Source: Hyphochytrium catenoides
Lineage: Eukaryota; Protista; Hyphochytriomycota
Reading direction: 5' to 3'
Length of the DNA stretch: 64,000 nucleotides
Assembly (NCBI GenBank): GCA_900088475.1
Contig: FLMG01002456.1
Coordinates: forward strand, 173,286 to 237,285
Shown here: one piece after another, positions 24,906-38,700 of the stretch
How positions within the stretch are numbered: the stretch's first letter is position 1
How the letters are laid out: each line of letters begins with the position of its first letter
The notes under the pieces: generated by a model
Databases searched by the model: none
The model's input: only the letters and a program-made list of their open reading frames with translations
What the model was told of the DNA's origin: nothing
Position numbers and translations under genes: made by a program

Positions 24906-25069
24906 GGAGCTCAAATGACTCAGGCCAGCGCAGCCTGGAAGTTGCCTGACAAAGTTCGATTTCTAGAGATGGGCTCCCATACCTAAAGTGTGGCAATGGG
25001 GCTGTGCTCTGACCTATATATTTATGTTGTTACCTCAATAAATAGCGAAGATACGTCTTCGTGCTTATA

Positions 25070-26901
25070 TCACGCCACGGCACTTTTTGTGGGCTGAACG
25101 ATTACCGAGTGGCCAAGCAGAAGAAAGGTCGACCCCGTCACAAACATAAACCCTAAGAGCTCTGAGCCACAGCGAGCTATAGCTACAAGTAACAGTGTGA
25201 GGATAATAGCTGCGAAAGTGGAGAGAATGTACTCGGACATCTTGGGATGAGCTAAAATGTCCCCATACCGGCTTTTGATCAGCTTGAAGGAGGAATTGAG
25301 TCTGTCCCTGCTCCACCAGGTTTGATAGCTCTCACTTTTGGCGCTTCTTACAGCCATGACATGGGCTGCCATTGCTGAAAAGAGCTTCATATCGGTATTC
25401 ATCCTCTCGAAGTCCATGTGAATGCTATGGATGTAGTCGTAGAGAAGCTCAATAGCATCACCTACAAAGCGGTTGACATAGAACTTGGCAATAGAACTGG
25501 CAAGTCCTGGTATACGGCTTGGAAACTTAAAATCTGCATCAAAGGCTAACATCCATAAGGATGATGACTCTATTTCTGAATTCGTTGGCGTCGTTTTTTT
25601 TCTCGACGCACGACCAGCGTCGTTCCCGGCTGAGCCTTTCTGCAGCCGCAGTGTCATCGAGGCGCTCTCCTCAAATAACTTCTTGATACGTGTGATCGGC
25701 AAGGCTAGGTCCACGAACTTGTCTGCCTTGCTCTCCTGAACCTCTAGCACAGTGCCTCTAAAGCCATAGAGGCTAGATCCCTCTTCAAAATAGGTGACTT
25801 TGACTGTGGTCTCGGCTATTCNNNNNNNNNNNNNNNNNNNNNNNNNNNNNNNNNNNNNNNNNNNNNNNNNNNNNTTCGCTAGTATGAACCTGATCTCGAT
25901 GACGTTATGATCATAAGACAACTCGGCAACCATCCTTGTGTGGTCTTCGTTGAAAACTTGTATCTTGAGCCTTTTCCATAGGTTGAGGTTATCTGCCACA
26001 TTTGGATAATGTTCCTTCATTTCCGGTATATCAAGAGGAAGGTGTAGAGTTAGCGGAGTCCAGCAAGACTCCTCTCCGTTTAGACTTGGCGGAGTAGGCC
26101 TTAGAGGTAAACGGGGGCTTGCCTCTAGTGTCTGCTCACTCTTTGTCTGTCGACCGAAGGCAAATCGTGGCTTTTTCTGCGCTTCCCCAAACAGAGTAAT
26201 CTTCTTGAACTTGACCAGTCGTGTTACAAGCTTGTATGTGCGGGTGAAACGACGTTCAAAAAGCTCTTTCAGTGCCGCGGAATCAGGGTTCTCTTGCAGG
26301 AGCTTCCCCAGCTTCCGAGAGTAATCCGCGATGCTACCAGGTGGAAAGAAGCCATTCAAGCGTAAGCCTAAAGAAAAGAAGCAAGATCAGTTAGAATAGG
26401 TGGCATGTCAAGATACGTGAGTTAAGATCGCCGCAAGGCGCAAGGAAGGCTTACGAAGCTCAACGTCCTGAGTGTTGCAGTCCGTTGGCAGAGGGTAACG
26501 ACCAGCATAGATGGAAGTTGATCCTGCACTGTTGTGACACTCTAACGGAGGGGAGAACCTATCAGCGAAGGCTATGACTGGGTCTTCTTTTTCCCATCGG
26601 TTTCCCTTCACGGCGTAATACTTTACACGCGCAACCACATGGAAGGGGAAAGACGAGTCCTCCCAAAGCCAACGGGCAAAGTCCTCCTAGCAGAGAGAAA
26701 CACCGTATGAAAAACTGATGGAAAACACTCGCGAGGAGTTTGGGAACACATTACCCGTAGCTTGTCTTTCTGTAGGCTTGCTGCCTTCAAAATGAGTGTG
26801 AATGGGGCCAGCAGAAAGACGATGCTTGGGACTATAGGCTCCATATACTGGTTGAAAATCCGGATAAGAACATTTCCGGCTGTCTCTCCTGAGGGTGACA
26901 T
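25070..26901 (-). CDS. Hypothetical protein with C-terminal TM helices (3 exons; spans an N gap)
   Basis: Exons join in frame (DKLR|EDFARWLW; VEL|RLRLNGFF). The last exon is a 429-aa ORF ending in two hydrophobic segments. Confidence 0.65.
25822..25874. other. Assembly gap (N run) within a CDS
   Basis: Run of N characters. Confidence 1.
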
Positions 26902-27582
26902 GGTACGTGGATCAACCCTTGAAAGGCTCTCACTTGCGATAGAAGAATCTTCTATTGGAAGCTTGTCTTCATGGCCTCATCGGTCCAATGAAGCTTGAGG
27001 AGATGTTGACGATGCCTGAAGCTGTTTCTGAAGCTTCAGAATCCGATAGATAAAATAAATATAGTTCTATGAGATTGGTGATGATGCAACCTTTTTGTTA
27101 GCCAATAAAGGGAACCGGATAGATTTTGGTCCGGATACTTTCGTACCTGATCATCAAAATCTGCATTCTGCTATACTGTAATGGAGCTCGAAAAAGTCCA
27201 ATTATCCACAATAAATAACGCGAGTCAAACAGTTATCTCCAGTTGTGCTCAGAAATAACCTTTACCTATTGATATAATTGTCCTGGGGAAGGTCCCACAA
27301 GGACAATGCTGTAGTGAAGGCGACAAGGAACACAAGCCGACAATAACGGACAAGTGTTGGAGCTTCGGTAATCCAAGATTTTCTTGGACTCTGATGAGAG
27401 TGAGCAGCTTCTGCGTGATCTGTCTAAAGGCCTTCATTTGGTGCTCCCGAGATCTCCCACAAATCATTGTGAAAAATACGTTTGTCTCGACGTGCTTTGC
27501 CACCGCGGTGTTGTTGGTACAAGTGCTCTCCCCTTCGCCAAGACTGTCCCAAATAACTTCTGCGTCGGGGAGAATCTCCATA

Positions 27583-30500
27583 ATGAGCATTCACACTGAA
27601 GCAACCCTTCAGCACGCGAGGGATGAGGTCTGTGGAGATTGGCTTTTGTGCATTCGTTCATAGTGTTCTGATTGCGCTATTCAGGTACTTGCCGCTGCAG
27701 GTGGGCCGGCGTCTACGTTTCTGAAGGATATTGAGGCTGCACGGAACCTTGGCGAGTTCAAAACTGGTGCCAAGGGCAACCGCAGGTTGAGCGCTGAAGA
27801 GATCGAGGCTCTTAAAGCGAATGGAAACTATGGTAGTATCACTGCCACGGCCAGCCGTCTCGTTGATAATTAACCAGCATTTGTCTATTGGCAGCTTCGG
27901 ACTGGAGCAAGGTGTTGGTGCTGCCGGGGCGGAAACTGTTGACCGACCGCATCCGCAACTGCGTGTTTGATGGCAACATCGCTCTTGGTAAGGTGAAGTG
28001 GAGGACTGAACATCCAGAAGTATGACCCTATTGTTCTAAATGTCGCTAGGCTCGTTTTCGGGTCAGATAACACTTCATGGAGTGAGCCTTTCAACCGGTG
28101 TTTACAACTCCACTCTAGCAGAGGTTGTCATTGAAGACAACTGTTTGGTGAAGGTAGGCCCGTTGCAGGCAATTCCGTGGCCTTCTTATAACTGGTGCCT
28201 TTGGCGTGCCCATATATTTGACTGCTAGGACAACACACTTATCGCCAAAACTGTTATCATGACTGGATCAGCGGTCGTTGGCTGTGGGACCATCACCTCA
28301 ACTGGCGCAACTGCCTTCAGTAATGGTATCGAGTTGCCAGTTGGCGTCGAGATCGGAGGCCGAGACATTAAAGTCTGGGCTGAAATGACTTTTGAAGGTG
28401 AAACCTTTGGTCTCTTGCATAATGCGGAAGCTGAGCTCTGAAAGAAGAACGCACTCTACGCAGCTGCGGCAGCAGTTGGAGCCTACAGACAGGACAAAGA
28501 GGCCCTAAAGGCTTACTCTGCTGCTGTCGACAAGTACACCGCTAAAGCGACCTCGAAGGTCAGTCCGCTTCTGTAGAGACCTATTCCGTAAAATGAAAAT
28601 AATCTCCTCAGGATGGAAGTAAGTAAGCTAAACTCTCTATCTTTGCCCGGAACAGTTCAATGTGATATCCCAATCGGCTCGTGTGATCAATGCGCCTCTT
28701 CTAAGAGACGTCTATCTTGGTCCGGCTGGCTCTATTCTTCAATCGGAGGTACAGCGCACCTGTGTCATCTCATCCAAAGAGGTAATGGCCTATGCCAACT
28801 GCTATCATGTTTCGACAGCATGCGGTGTAGGACTCATGTAGACATTGTAGGAACCATCCAGCATCGCTTCAGGCTCCACTGTGAGGGACGCTTTGCTGCA
28901 GTGGGCCACCCATGTTGACAGCCAGAGCATTGTACAGCGCGGGTTTCTCTGTGAGCACTCCCATGTAGAGAGACATGGAAAACTGTTCGATTCCCTTCTA
29001 GGCCCGAACAGCGGTATCGCTGAGGGAGAATGCACATCCAGGTTAGTCCCAACTCCGCATTGCACGATAGGGACTAAGATCTTTCCAACTAAACGTCATC
29101 CTGAATAGCTTTGTCGGCCCATTTGTGGGTTTCCATCACCAGTCCCTCCTCATTGCCAGTTTCTGGCCAAAGGGTAAAGGGAATGTGGGATACGGCGCCA
29201 ATGTTGGCAGCAATCACACCCTAAAGGCACCAGACCAGGTGAGACCACAGTACGGTATCTGGGGTGTGTGATGCGCTGATTGGGCTGCGAGCGCAGGAGC
29301 TATGGCCCGGAGAAGGGGTCTTCTTTGGCCTCTCTACCGCCATCAAGTACCCCAGTAACTTCACTAAAGCACCATACTCAGTCATTGCCACGGGCTGTGT
29401 CACCCTGGCGCAGAGTTGCGAGATGCCCTTCAGGTTCGTGTCCAGTGCCTATCTCGATTAAGACGGCAGTTGCTCACCTGGCCCATCTGTACTACGCAGC
29501 CTTATCAACACACCGGGAGAGTCTATTCCAGGTCTTTCCCCTGCCTTCAACGAAATCTCTCCGGGGTGGGTCCTTTCGGATTGCGCGTTTACTCTCCTTC
29601 GTAATGAAGACAAGTATGCGAATCGTAATAAGGTACCTCAATAACCCCTGGGCTGTTCGTTCTGGTCCGCCCTACATAGCCATGTTATCTTTGCTCCAAT
29701 TATGCACATCTTGGAGACATTTGCTCCAATCCAATGCTCTAGACCTTCCTTCCTTCAAGTGCCTTTAGTGGCGCGCACAGTTTATAGCTGAGGAACTGTG
29801 TATTCCAAGTCCAAAAGGACCAAGATCGCGTGGGAGATCTTTCGGCCGGAGATTGTGGATATGATGCTTAGTGCTAGGAAGCGGTTGATTGAAGCAGAGG
29901 GAAAAGCCAAGATTCACAACGCTCGCAAAGAAGCAGTTTACACCGACAAGGAAGTTCCTGGCCTGGGTAAGAGGGTCATACTGAATTGCAAAACATCTAA
30001 ATCTCATACATTCGTCACCAAAGGGAAGAACTATATGAGAGAGAGCGCCAGGAAGTCGGCGATTGATGCCTACACCTTCTATATCAGACACTATGGATTG
30101 AAGGGCCTTCTCCGTCAAGCTCAGGCAGGAGCATCTCTAAACACTATATTGCTAAAGGGAAGCAAGAGTTGCATTGGGGACCAGAAGCGGTAAGAAGGCC
30201 ACAAGGCTCTTTAATGAGCACACAAAGCCACTGAAAGTGTTCACGTATGCCCTTCTTATAGCTGGAGTCACGAACAGGAGGCCCTTCTGTCTGAGTATCC
30301 TGGCTATACGGCAGAGCAGTTATTGGAAGAAGCAGTCAAGAGCCACGCAGAACTCGCTAAGAGCGCAGGTAAGTTGTTCGTCCATCTCCTACGCCCAATT
30401 TTTTTTTGCCCAGTGCCCATGATGTTCAATATTAGCTCGAGGAAAGTCAAGGGACGATGTGCGAGGTAAACAAATCATCCCTGATTATGACCACACACAT

Positions 30501-30687
30501 ACTGCTGCCTCCAAGGAAAAAGTCGTGATTGCTGCAAACAAGTAAGTCCACTAATTGTAGTATGAGAGATCGCGTTGACTTGCGTTCTACGCCTGATACA
30601 ACTGATCTCTTCTACCATATATTGTTGTCACATAGGTTGGCCGCGGAGCTTGACGTTGCGACAAAGAAGCTCTTGTCGAAGCTCTAG
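27583..30687 (+). CDS. DUF4954-family (left-handed beta-helix / GlmU-like) protein, about 16 exons, C-terminal -SKL
   Basis: Spliced translation: RRLSAEEIEALKANGN.SDWSKV, FSNGIELPVGVEIGGR, LLGPNSGIAEGECTSSFVGPFVGFHHQSLLIASFWPKGKGNVGYGANVGSNHTLKAPDQELWPGEGVFFGL, NEISPGWVL..RNEDKY, SRDDVRGKQIIPDY, ending KKLLSKL*. The family assignment is from recall of these motifs. Confidence 0.8.
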
Positions 30688-30746
30688 ACGCTTACTTCTA
30701 ATGAAGAAGTATAACTGGCGGCAGTAGTTTGCCATCTAATCACTTT

Positions 30747-32398
30747 CTAATGTTCCGCACCATCCGGTGAGCGTTTAGGTTCCATTCCATCTTCATCTGC
30801 GTGACTGAGATCCATGATAGTTAGGTTGCGATAAACGCACTGCACTGAATAGCACTTACTGGGCATCACTCGGCGCATTTCCTTAAAAGTCTCCTTGTTC
30901 ATGTTCTCATACATTTCTCCCAACTTCATCTAGCAAGAGAGGGTTAGTGGGGTTTTCACTGTCTTGTCAAGGGGTGTATCGGTTGTGTCCTCGGTCTACC
31001 TGCAACTCATCCTCAGCCATCTTGATATTATCGCAAACTGCTTTGGCAAAAGCTTTGACCTTGCATAATAAGTTAGCGAAACTTTAGTGCTCTGACAGCC
31101 AATTCGAGAACGCATGACCTTACATCGGTAGACTGCACTGAGAGCGGAGAGGATAGTTTCCTCGAGGTGTGAAGCTGGACATTTCCATCCTCAAAGTAGT
31201 GGACATGGAGCCGTATCTGGCCTGATAAGGCCCGACGGCTAATGTCCACAGACCAGTCTGAGCTCCAGTTACCACTCCTGTGAGCAGAAAGATGACATGC
31301 GACCATTTAAGAAGAGTGTCCGCGGCGAAGAGAAGACGGCCCCCACCTACCAATAGTTCCTAAGGTTAACGCTCACGCCGGATATAAGTATTTGAAGTTG
31401 ATCCTGGCGAGCTAGAACGCTTAGGCCTGCCCTGAGAAGACGGTCGGTGGGTGAAGGTTAAGTTCTGATGCCTGACTGAAGACGAAGATCACTCTTTTTA
31501 CTTTTCTCCGTATGCGAGGTGCACATATTCCACCAGAGCGTCCTCTACTGCCACTCTGGCCAAGCAAAGGGTAGATCCGATGGGAAGACCGGGGAGATGC
31601 AATGTAGGAGTTCCCCGAAGGCGCAGTTACAAAAGAAAGAGAAGAGGGTTAACAAGGTGCTACTATCTACAAAAAGCAACCGTGAGCAAACTGAATCCCC
31701 GAGAGCTCCAGGGATAGATAGACCGAACTCATGTGCGCTGTATCGGCTGGAAAGGTAGAATACATTCCAACTTTGAAGGGAGAGTACCTCAGCGTTTCAT
31801 GAGCGCTATCCATCTGCGTTGTGACGGGTTGCCCATCATCTACCACTAACCTCTGCCATAAAAGTCAAGCATTTTCGTGCGCAGAGGAAAAAGCACCACG
31901 GCTTAATCACTAGCTTCAAGTTAAGCAATTGAATAAACGTACCTGCCTTAGGTGATCGAACTGATAGATTTTCTTTGTTCTAGAGTCAATATAGTGAGTC
32001 GGGTCGAGCTCTGTAGCTTTCGAGATCACAAGCTGGGAGGAAGAGGGTTAGACCAGTCATCCCTTGTGTCCATTGGTCTACTTGATACGTGGACGATAGT
32101 TGGAGCTCCAGCTCACCCTCGTGTCAGATCCCGTTACGGCTACTGGCAGGTAGCTCTCTGTATTATATTGCCGAAGGATTCCGGCGACGACAGGCTCGGT
32201 CAGGATTTCGGCTGGGACCAACTTCTTGAGATCTGGAGTGGAGTATAACGTATTGTTGTCAGGACATTTAGACGTATGAGAAGAGCATTTGGTCTGACCG
32301 GTAAGCACTTCCTTCACCTGGCCAGCAGGAGAGGAGATTAGGAGATGCTGGGCGATCTTGAGCTTCTCTTCATCGGTGATCTCTTCCACGTCCGCCAT
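30747..32398 (-). CDS. CAPZA: F-actin capping protein subunit alpha (multi-exon)
   Basis: EEKLKIAQHLLISSPAGQVKEVL, NLRNYWSGNWSSDWS, LHVHYFEDGNVQL, YENMNKETFKEMRRVMP, KMEWN. Confidence 0.95.
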
Positions 32399-32934
32399 GG
32401 TCTTTTTAAACAACGTCCCAACCCTTGAAACACAAGTCCTGCTCACGCTCGATCCTCCCACTTCCTGCTTGTATGTCCAGCCTCGGCACCACTATTGTTG
32501 ACTGACGAAGGTCCTTTGCGTCTGGTTGGTAGGTCACGAGACGACATCAACTGTCTTCAATGAGAACCAAATAATCCTCGCGCCTTTTATCACATCAATT
32601 AGCATATTGCACGGTACAACAGATCTTTGTTCTTGTACGTTGTACCTCGTGGATTTACCATAGAATCTATAGTGTGGCCTGTATTCGTAGGATACAGTAC
32701 GACGTGACAGCACAGTTGTATCAAAGTGAAATGACCAGAGGCTCTTGGACAGACACTGCTCAAACTGATATCCCAGTCTGTCAGACCAGACCTTGCCCTG
32801 CAGTCCTGCAGCACTTCATTCGGCACTGATGCTGGCACTTCTAACATCTATAAGCAAGGTCATCGCTTGACCCGCGGGAAGAGCACTGTGGTGTCCGTGT
32901 TAAGTTTGAACCTCATTGTTATCCCTAGCTTACA

Positions 32935-33641
32935 ATGGCTGGCGACGGGTTAGAGGAAATGGATGTATCAGAGAACGCTGATCACGTGGCCCCTTCCAAA
33001 GTCCCAGTAGAGTTTCCGGATGATCGATCGCGGTTTGAGCTAGAGCTCGAGTTTGTTCAATGCTTGTCCAAGCCATCATATCTAAACTGTAGGCACAACG
33101 TGTGGGCTTGGCATCCGTAGAGGTGATGTACCTGACGTTGCCCTCCTCGCCACAGACCTCGCCATCAACCGATTCTTCGAGAATGAAGCTTTTCTTAACT
33201 ACCTAAAATATCTAAAGTACTGGCAGAGGCCCGAGTATGCGCAATTTATCGTGTAAGTACGGTTAAGACTGATCTTGAGGTAGATCTGAAGATCAACTGA
33301 ATGAAGTTTCTTATTACATGGTGCTACTCTAGCTACCCGCACTGCCTTGCTTTCCTGGATATTATAGAAAACGAGACCTTCCGTCAGGTGAGAAAAGTGA
33401 TTACGATATTGAGAACTTGTTGACACACTGCAGACCTCCCAGGCAATCAAGCGGGACGACTTCACGACCCTTATTCACAGTCAACAGTTCTATCATTGGC
33501 AATACTTTCTCAATAACCGCTATCGGGAGGCAGCGGAAGCAAAGGTGGGCTGGCTTTTACTGTGTGCTGACACAAGAAGGTCTTGTTCCCAGAGTCAAGG
33601 TCTGACTCCATTTGGTTCAGGGAAAGCAGGCTTCCAGCTAG
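32935..33641 (+). CDS. MED31: Mediator subunit 31 (SOH1), multi-exon
   Basis: RFELELEFVQCLSKPSYLN.LAINRFFENEAFLNYLKYLKYWQRPEYAQFI.YPHCLAFLD..FRQ..HSQQFYHWQ. Confidence 0.95.
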
Positions 33642-33667
33642 TCTAGATACTGGTACTTGCAGACTGA

Positions 33668-35769
33668 TCAGAACGGGTTAACCCATCTCGCGAACTGGAT
33701 ATTGGGCATTGGAGCCATCCGACACAATGGTTTGAACTTGAACTCCTCGCCTATCTCTTCCGGACTGTATTGGTGGATGATATTCAGTATGTCAGCCAGC
33801 AGCGGGTCATCCCCTGTCATCGGATCTTCAAGGATCCTGTAGAACACGAAACGAAATGCGTCAGAACTATTCAAGAGCTACGGATCAAGGGCCGTGGCTA
33901 TCTCCTGTGTATGAGCTAACAGACAAACAAATTACGACGAGACAACACTTACGGGTCAGTGTGTGTCTTGCCCTCATACCACTTGGTATGCACAGCAGCG
34001 CCGGCCTCTTCTAGCGCATTGGCAAACTGGAGCGACTGCTTCCAGGTCACCGATGCGTCAGCAGTGCCGTGGTATAAAATAACCGGAGGCAGATAGTCCA
34101 CAAAGTCCCGTCTCCTATTAAACAGTAGACTTTAGGTCATCCCAGCTTGTCTGACCGACCCCTGGTAGTAAAGCAACTGCCAAAGGGCGAGCATACATCA
34201 CAGTTTGCTAAGAAGTACTAATAGAAAGAAGGATCGAAAGCCATGAAAGCGATAACCCTTTTTCAAACGAAACCACCGTACTTTATAGAATTGACCCTGA
34301 GACTAGGAGACCATCGATCAAGCTGGTCCTCAAAAATCTGTCTTTGAATGGAACGATCGAGGCCCCTGGCGTGAAACTGCTCGATGCTCTGGAAGACATT
34401 GTAGGGGCCAGATATGCCGATGAAGGATCGGAGTGAAGAGGAAGTCCAAGATATCGGTTCCCTGGGTTGAGCCACAGAGAAAGGGTTATGACTTCTCAGC
34501 AAGATTACTAAAAGAGCAAAGTGCCCTACCCGTTGCACTCTTTCACAGCTTGGTCGATAACAAGGCATGAAGAGATATGTGCACCAGCAGATTGTCCAAT
34601 GAGAGTTACGTTGTCGGGATCTAACAAATATGTATGTGGGACTCTAAACGGGAGAAAAGGTCATACTATAAAAGCCAAGAACTCACCTCCGCCAAAGTGG
34701 TGGATGTTGTTAAAGACCCAATCAAGGCAGAGACTTAGATCCTCCGTCATGTCTGAGATAGTGCCTTGAGGATAATTGCGATAGTCTGGAGCCACAAAGA
34801 CAACTCCTAAGTCTTGCATCACCTATTTGTAAGGACCATTTTTATCGGTAAGCTTTTGCCAGAGGAGAAGGCAATTAGTCAGCTCACCTTCCCCATAAGG
34901 AAGCCCCAGGCTTTATAGCCAATGATCCAGGCTCCTCCCGATACAAAGACCACCACGGGATACTTCTTGCCCTGAGGCTGTTGACGCTATGTCAGAAACT
35001 TCATGATCATCCGGCTAGGTCAATTCAAAAGAACACCAAGCACCTACATTCTGCTTAAGGTCCTTGCAAACCCGATAGACATCGAGTGACTGGCGCTTCA
35101 TGAACCCGTAACTGATGTTTATGGTAACCCGCGAGTTAAAAAGGTAGAAGTTCAGGACCTGAACAAAGGCGGGCATGAGTGCCGCCACGAATAACATTAG
35201 CCTGAATCAGGTAGGGGAAAAGAAAGAAAAGTCATTAGCAGTTAAGGATCTGCACACCATGACACTACAACAGCCTGCTTCACCTACCTAAAGGCCATAA
35301 ACATCCACTTGGAGCCTGTGCGGAGCATCCAAAGAAGCTTAACTGTTAGCCGAGTTAACAGCCAACTTGTCTCGACCACCTCCTCCACCAGCAAGAGGCT
35401 AGAGCGGCGAATCGGTCCCTCATGATACGGCAAAGAAGAGGGCGTGACACCGCGAATCGGAGATTTATGGCGAAAAGATTGACGCTTGCCAGGCAATCTC
35501 GACGGGCTAGTACTTTTGGAGCGTGGTTTTGTGGACTGAGGAGAAGATGCTTTCCGGAATTGGTTATCTTTGGTCCCGTTCCCTCCCCCGGTCGTCCTCT
35601 GGGTAAGTCCTTCGTGGCGCAACTTGTCCTCGCTGGGCCGGTTCTCGTTAGAAGTGCTGCTCCGGCTTCCTCCGGTCTCAGTCTCAGCAACGTCGGTCTG
35701 CTCAGTCTTAGATGATGACGGGGAGGCCGATCGATGGCGCCGTCGTCTTTGTTTCTGGGTGGACGGCAT
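33668..35769 (-). CDS. ICME: Isoprenylcysteine alpha-carbonyl methylesterase-like alpha/beta hydrolase (multi-exon)
   Basis: [23 protein letters not shown], nucleophile motif [39 protein letters not shown]-terminal ARWVNPF. Confidence 0.88.
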
Positions 35770-38700
35770 CTTCGACCGTACTTCCTTACTGCTTTGTTGC
35801 CTTCAGTCAGCCCTTCATGCACGAGGCAGAAGAAGAGCGGAAGGGGGGCTTACCTAGGTGCGGAGAACACCAACACGACCGCAAGGCTTGAGCCAAAAGA
35901 TCGACACAAGCTGCTTCTTCACGTCTCCAATCAAGGTGTGGCGATGACCTCCAGATTCAGCTGTTGTCCCACGCTCTTCTATAGAAAGGGTGGCAGAGAA
36001 GACGAGCTGATGTCCCTGTGTGCTAGCCTTTCTATGAGATCACTGAAATTCACTGTTGTTCCTTTTCATGAAGGCTTGCGAGGCTACCGATAGCCCTTGT
36101 ACAACTCCCACCGCCGCCCCTCCTCGTAAACAACCAAAGCCTTTTGATGATGTGTTTGACTATGATGTCCAATCGCCAAGAGAGATCATAGGACAACATT
36201 CCAAACGACATTCCAGGCCGAAAGCCCGTTTTAGAGTTCTCAATCCTCTTGTCCGTCCATATCTCTTATCTCCTTTCCTTCCTTCCTCTCTCTATCTGTG
36301 GCTCCGTTAGTCTGTCTCCCTTCTGGTCATGCTTCCCCTCCTGCATGTTACAAACCAACCCTTTGAATCAGAACAGGAACCGCAGGTGCAAGAGTCCGGT
36401 CTTACTAGTCCAGTATCACGGGTTTACCGTACTGGATATATGCAGCAGGCTCGCATATTATTATTGACAACAAACACAACTCGTACGAACACAAACGGTA
36501 CAACAAGAACGTCGTCACAGTCCTCTCCCCAAGTACTGCAGTTGTTCCGCTAACAACAACTACACACACCAGGATAACGGCCCACGCTGCCTACTACTAA
36601 AGGTAGATGGGCGTTAGCGCCATCGATGGTTACTCTTACTACGCCGTTTGTTCGCGTCAAGCGCACCAAGTCTGAGGATGACGAGTTGGCCGTTATGTCA
36701 ACTGCACTACAGATTCGAGATGCTGATTGTTGAGAGCAGAGCTGAGCTGGAGCTGAAAGCTGAAGGGTCAGATGATCAGATAAAGGCTTTACGGAGAAGG
36801 GTTAGTTATCGTAGTCTATGAGCTGCTTGGTGATCACCATCACCATTATTTTATTAGTGCTGCCTGGAACTGGGACGGAGGGCGCAAGGAGGAGGACTTT
36901 ATGGAGAGAAATAACAGGTAGTTCTACCTGTAGAATAGAATAGGAAGAAGCGTCACTACTGACTAATAAGAATGATCAAAAATGATGATGGAACGATCCC
37001 GCTGTGGAGTACGTGTGGCACGGTCAAGAAGGAGAGAACTGGCAAAGTACAGTACGACTTCTGTAGAACTTCAATAATGACGGAGTGAGACAAGACATGG
37101 GGATAATTATGGTTATCACCATCACCACCAGAGGAGTTTAGTTCATCACTCATTATAGGAAAACTAAGAGAAGACGATCTTGGTAACACTTTGCCGTTCT
37201 TGCGACTCTGTGTTGTCCAGTCTCATATATCGAAAGCCGTGATTTTTGGCTCTTCGTCTTCCACACTTCATCACTGATTGCTGCAAACACCACTTAAGTT
37301 CTCCCAAATTGCGGTCTCTTAGCCAGACAAAGAGGATAAAAGGCGACTTGGCCCGCGACGAGGAGCATCACCGCAGCAGTAGTATCCTCCTTAAAAAGGT
37401 AACCTTTTGAATCTAGTCAATTGCCTATGGCTGCGAAGCTGCTAGTCCAACAAGAACGAACGGAAGCTGACACAGGGTACTGCGTGTTTGCCAATATGGC
37501 ACCTGCAGCACTTACAGAACAATTTGGATGGTTCCTTCCATTGTTTGTCCCAGATGTTTAGTCAAAAGGTCCTGCAGGGGAGCTCACTACCGTTGGGTCT
37601 CCCCTCACTCGCGACACTGCGGTCCGGTAGAGAGCAGTCTCCTCCTACTTGGGCTTGTACGACGGCTTGCTTATAGAGCAGTCCTCCCCACTGACAATGC
37701 CTTGGTACATAGGTTTGAAGGCAGCAGTCTTCCCTGTATAGCAATGACTGCTCATCTGCTCGCATCGCTTAATCGTCTTTCACAAGTGCCCCTCACGTCT
37801 TGTGATGCTTTCAAAGAAGAAAGTACAGCCTGGCTTAATACGCTGTAGATTGCAAGTCCCCAAAATAGAGGAATAGAGGATCGGAAAGCACTCTTTTGGC
37901 GAAAGGTAAACCTGGAAAGAAGAGCGGAAGCCACCCTCGAGAACAACTAAGCCACATAGATAGCAGTTAAGCCTTAGCGGACATCGACACCAATTGTCTC
38001 TAGAAGAGATAGACTACCAATTATCTCTATAAAAGAAAGAGGTCATATTCACAGAACAATTATGAGCCTGCTCTAATCTTTCACACGGGCAATTCTTTGT
38101 GGAAGCTCGAGAAGGGTGTGAGAGTTGATTCATTTGCAACCTTCCTACTAACATATACGAGTGGGGAAGCTTGCCAGTGCAATCGCCTGATGGAAGTCTG
38201 ACAGCCACCCTGAAGAGTATTACACAGGGCGGTGACCATCGTCTGCCTGAGACAGCCCGAGCTGCCGGGATTTGGAACTGCTCAGTAACTACCAGATTGG
38301 TGGAGGTTGATGAGCTCATGGTGCTGTTGCTGTCCCTATTATTCCGCCACTGTCATCCCTTCTACATCATACAGTGGCGATCTTCACCAGGCTCATCTCG
38401 CTGTACAAGTGATCTGAGAGATGCTGTTACCAATCAAAAGGCAATGTAGAGCCTGGATTACCCATCGAACTTATTATATTTACATAAAATACTGTAGCTA
38501 GAAAATAACACTCTATGTGCACTTTCGCTCATTAAAAATTATTGTCACCACGAAGAAGGTGGAATAAAACCCAACCCACAAACCCTCTCCTCACAACAAC
38601 AAGGAGCTATATAGACTTCAATTTTCCTATTCTAGTCTGAAATCAACCTCCCACCTCCCGCCTGCCCTCTCTCATGTCAATAATATAATACCTTTTCGGC

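Noticed and set aside
27249-27663. Cluster of overlapping ORFs upstream of DUF4954
   Set aside because: Only the last 15 codons before the donor near 27628 join the conserved gene. The rest looks like promoter or UTR.
27600-30650. Numerous similar-length introns as an introner (transposon) family
   Set aside because: The introns I compared by eye share only splice and branch signals, with no internal similarity or terminal inverted repeats. A computational all-versus-all comparison would be needed to exclude this fully.
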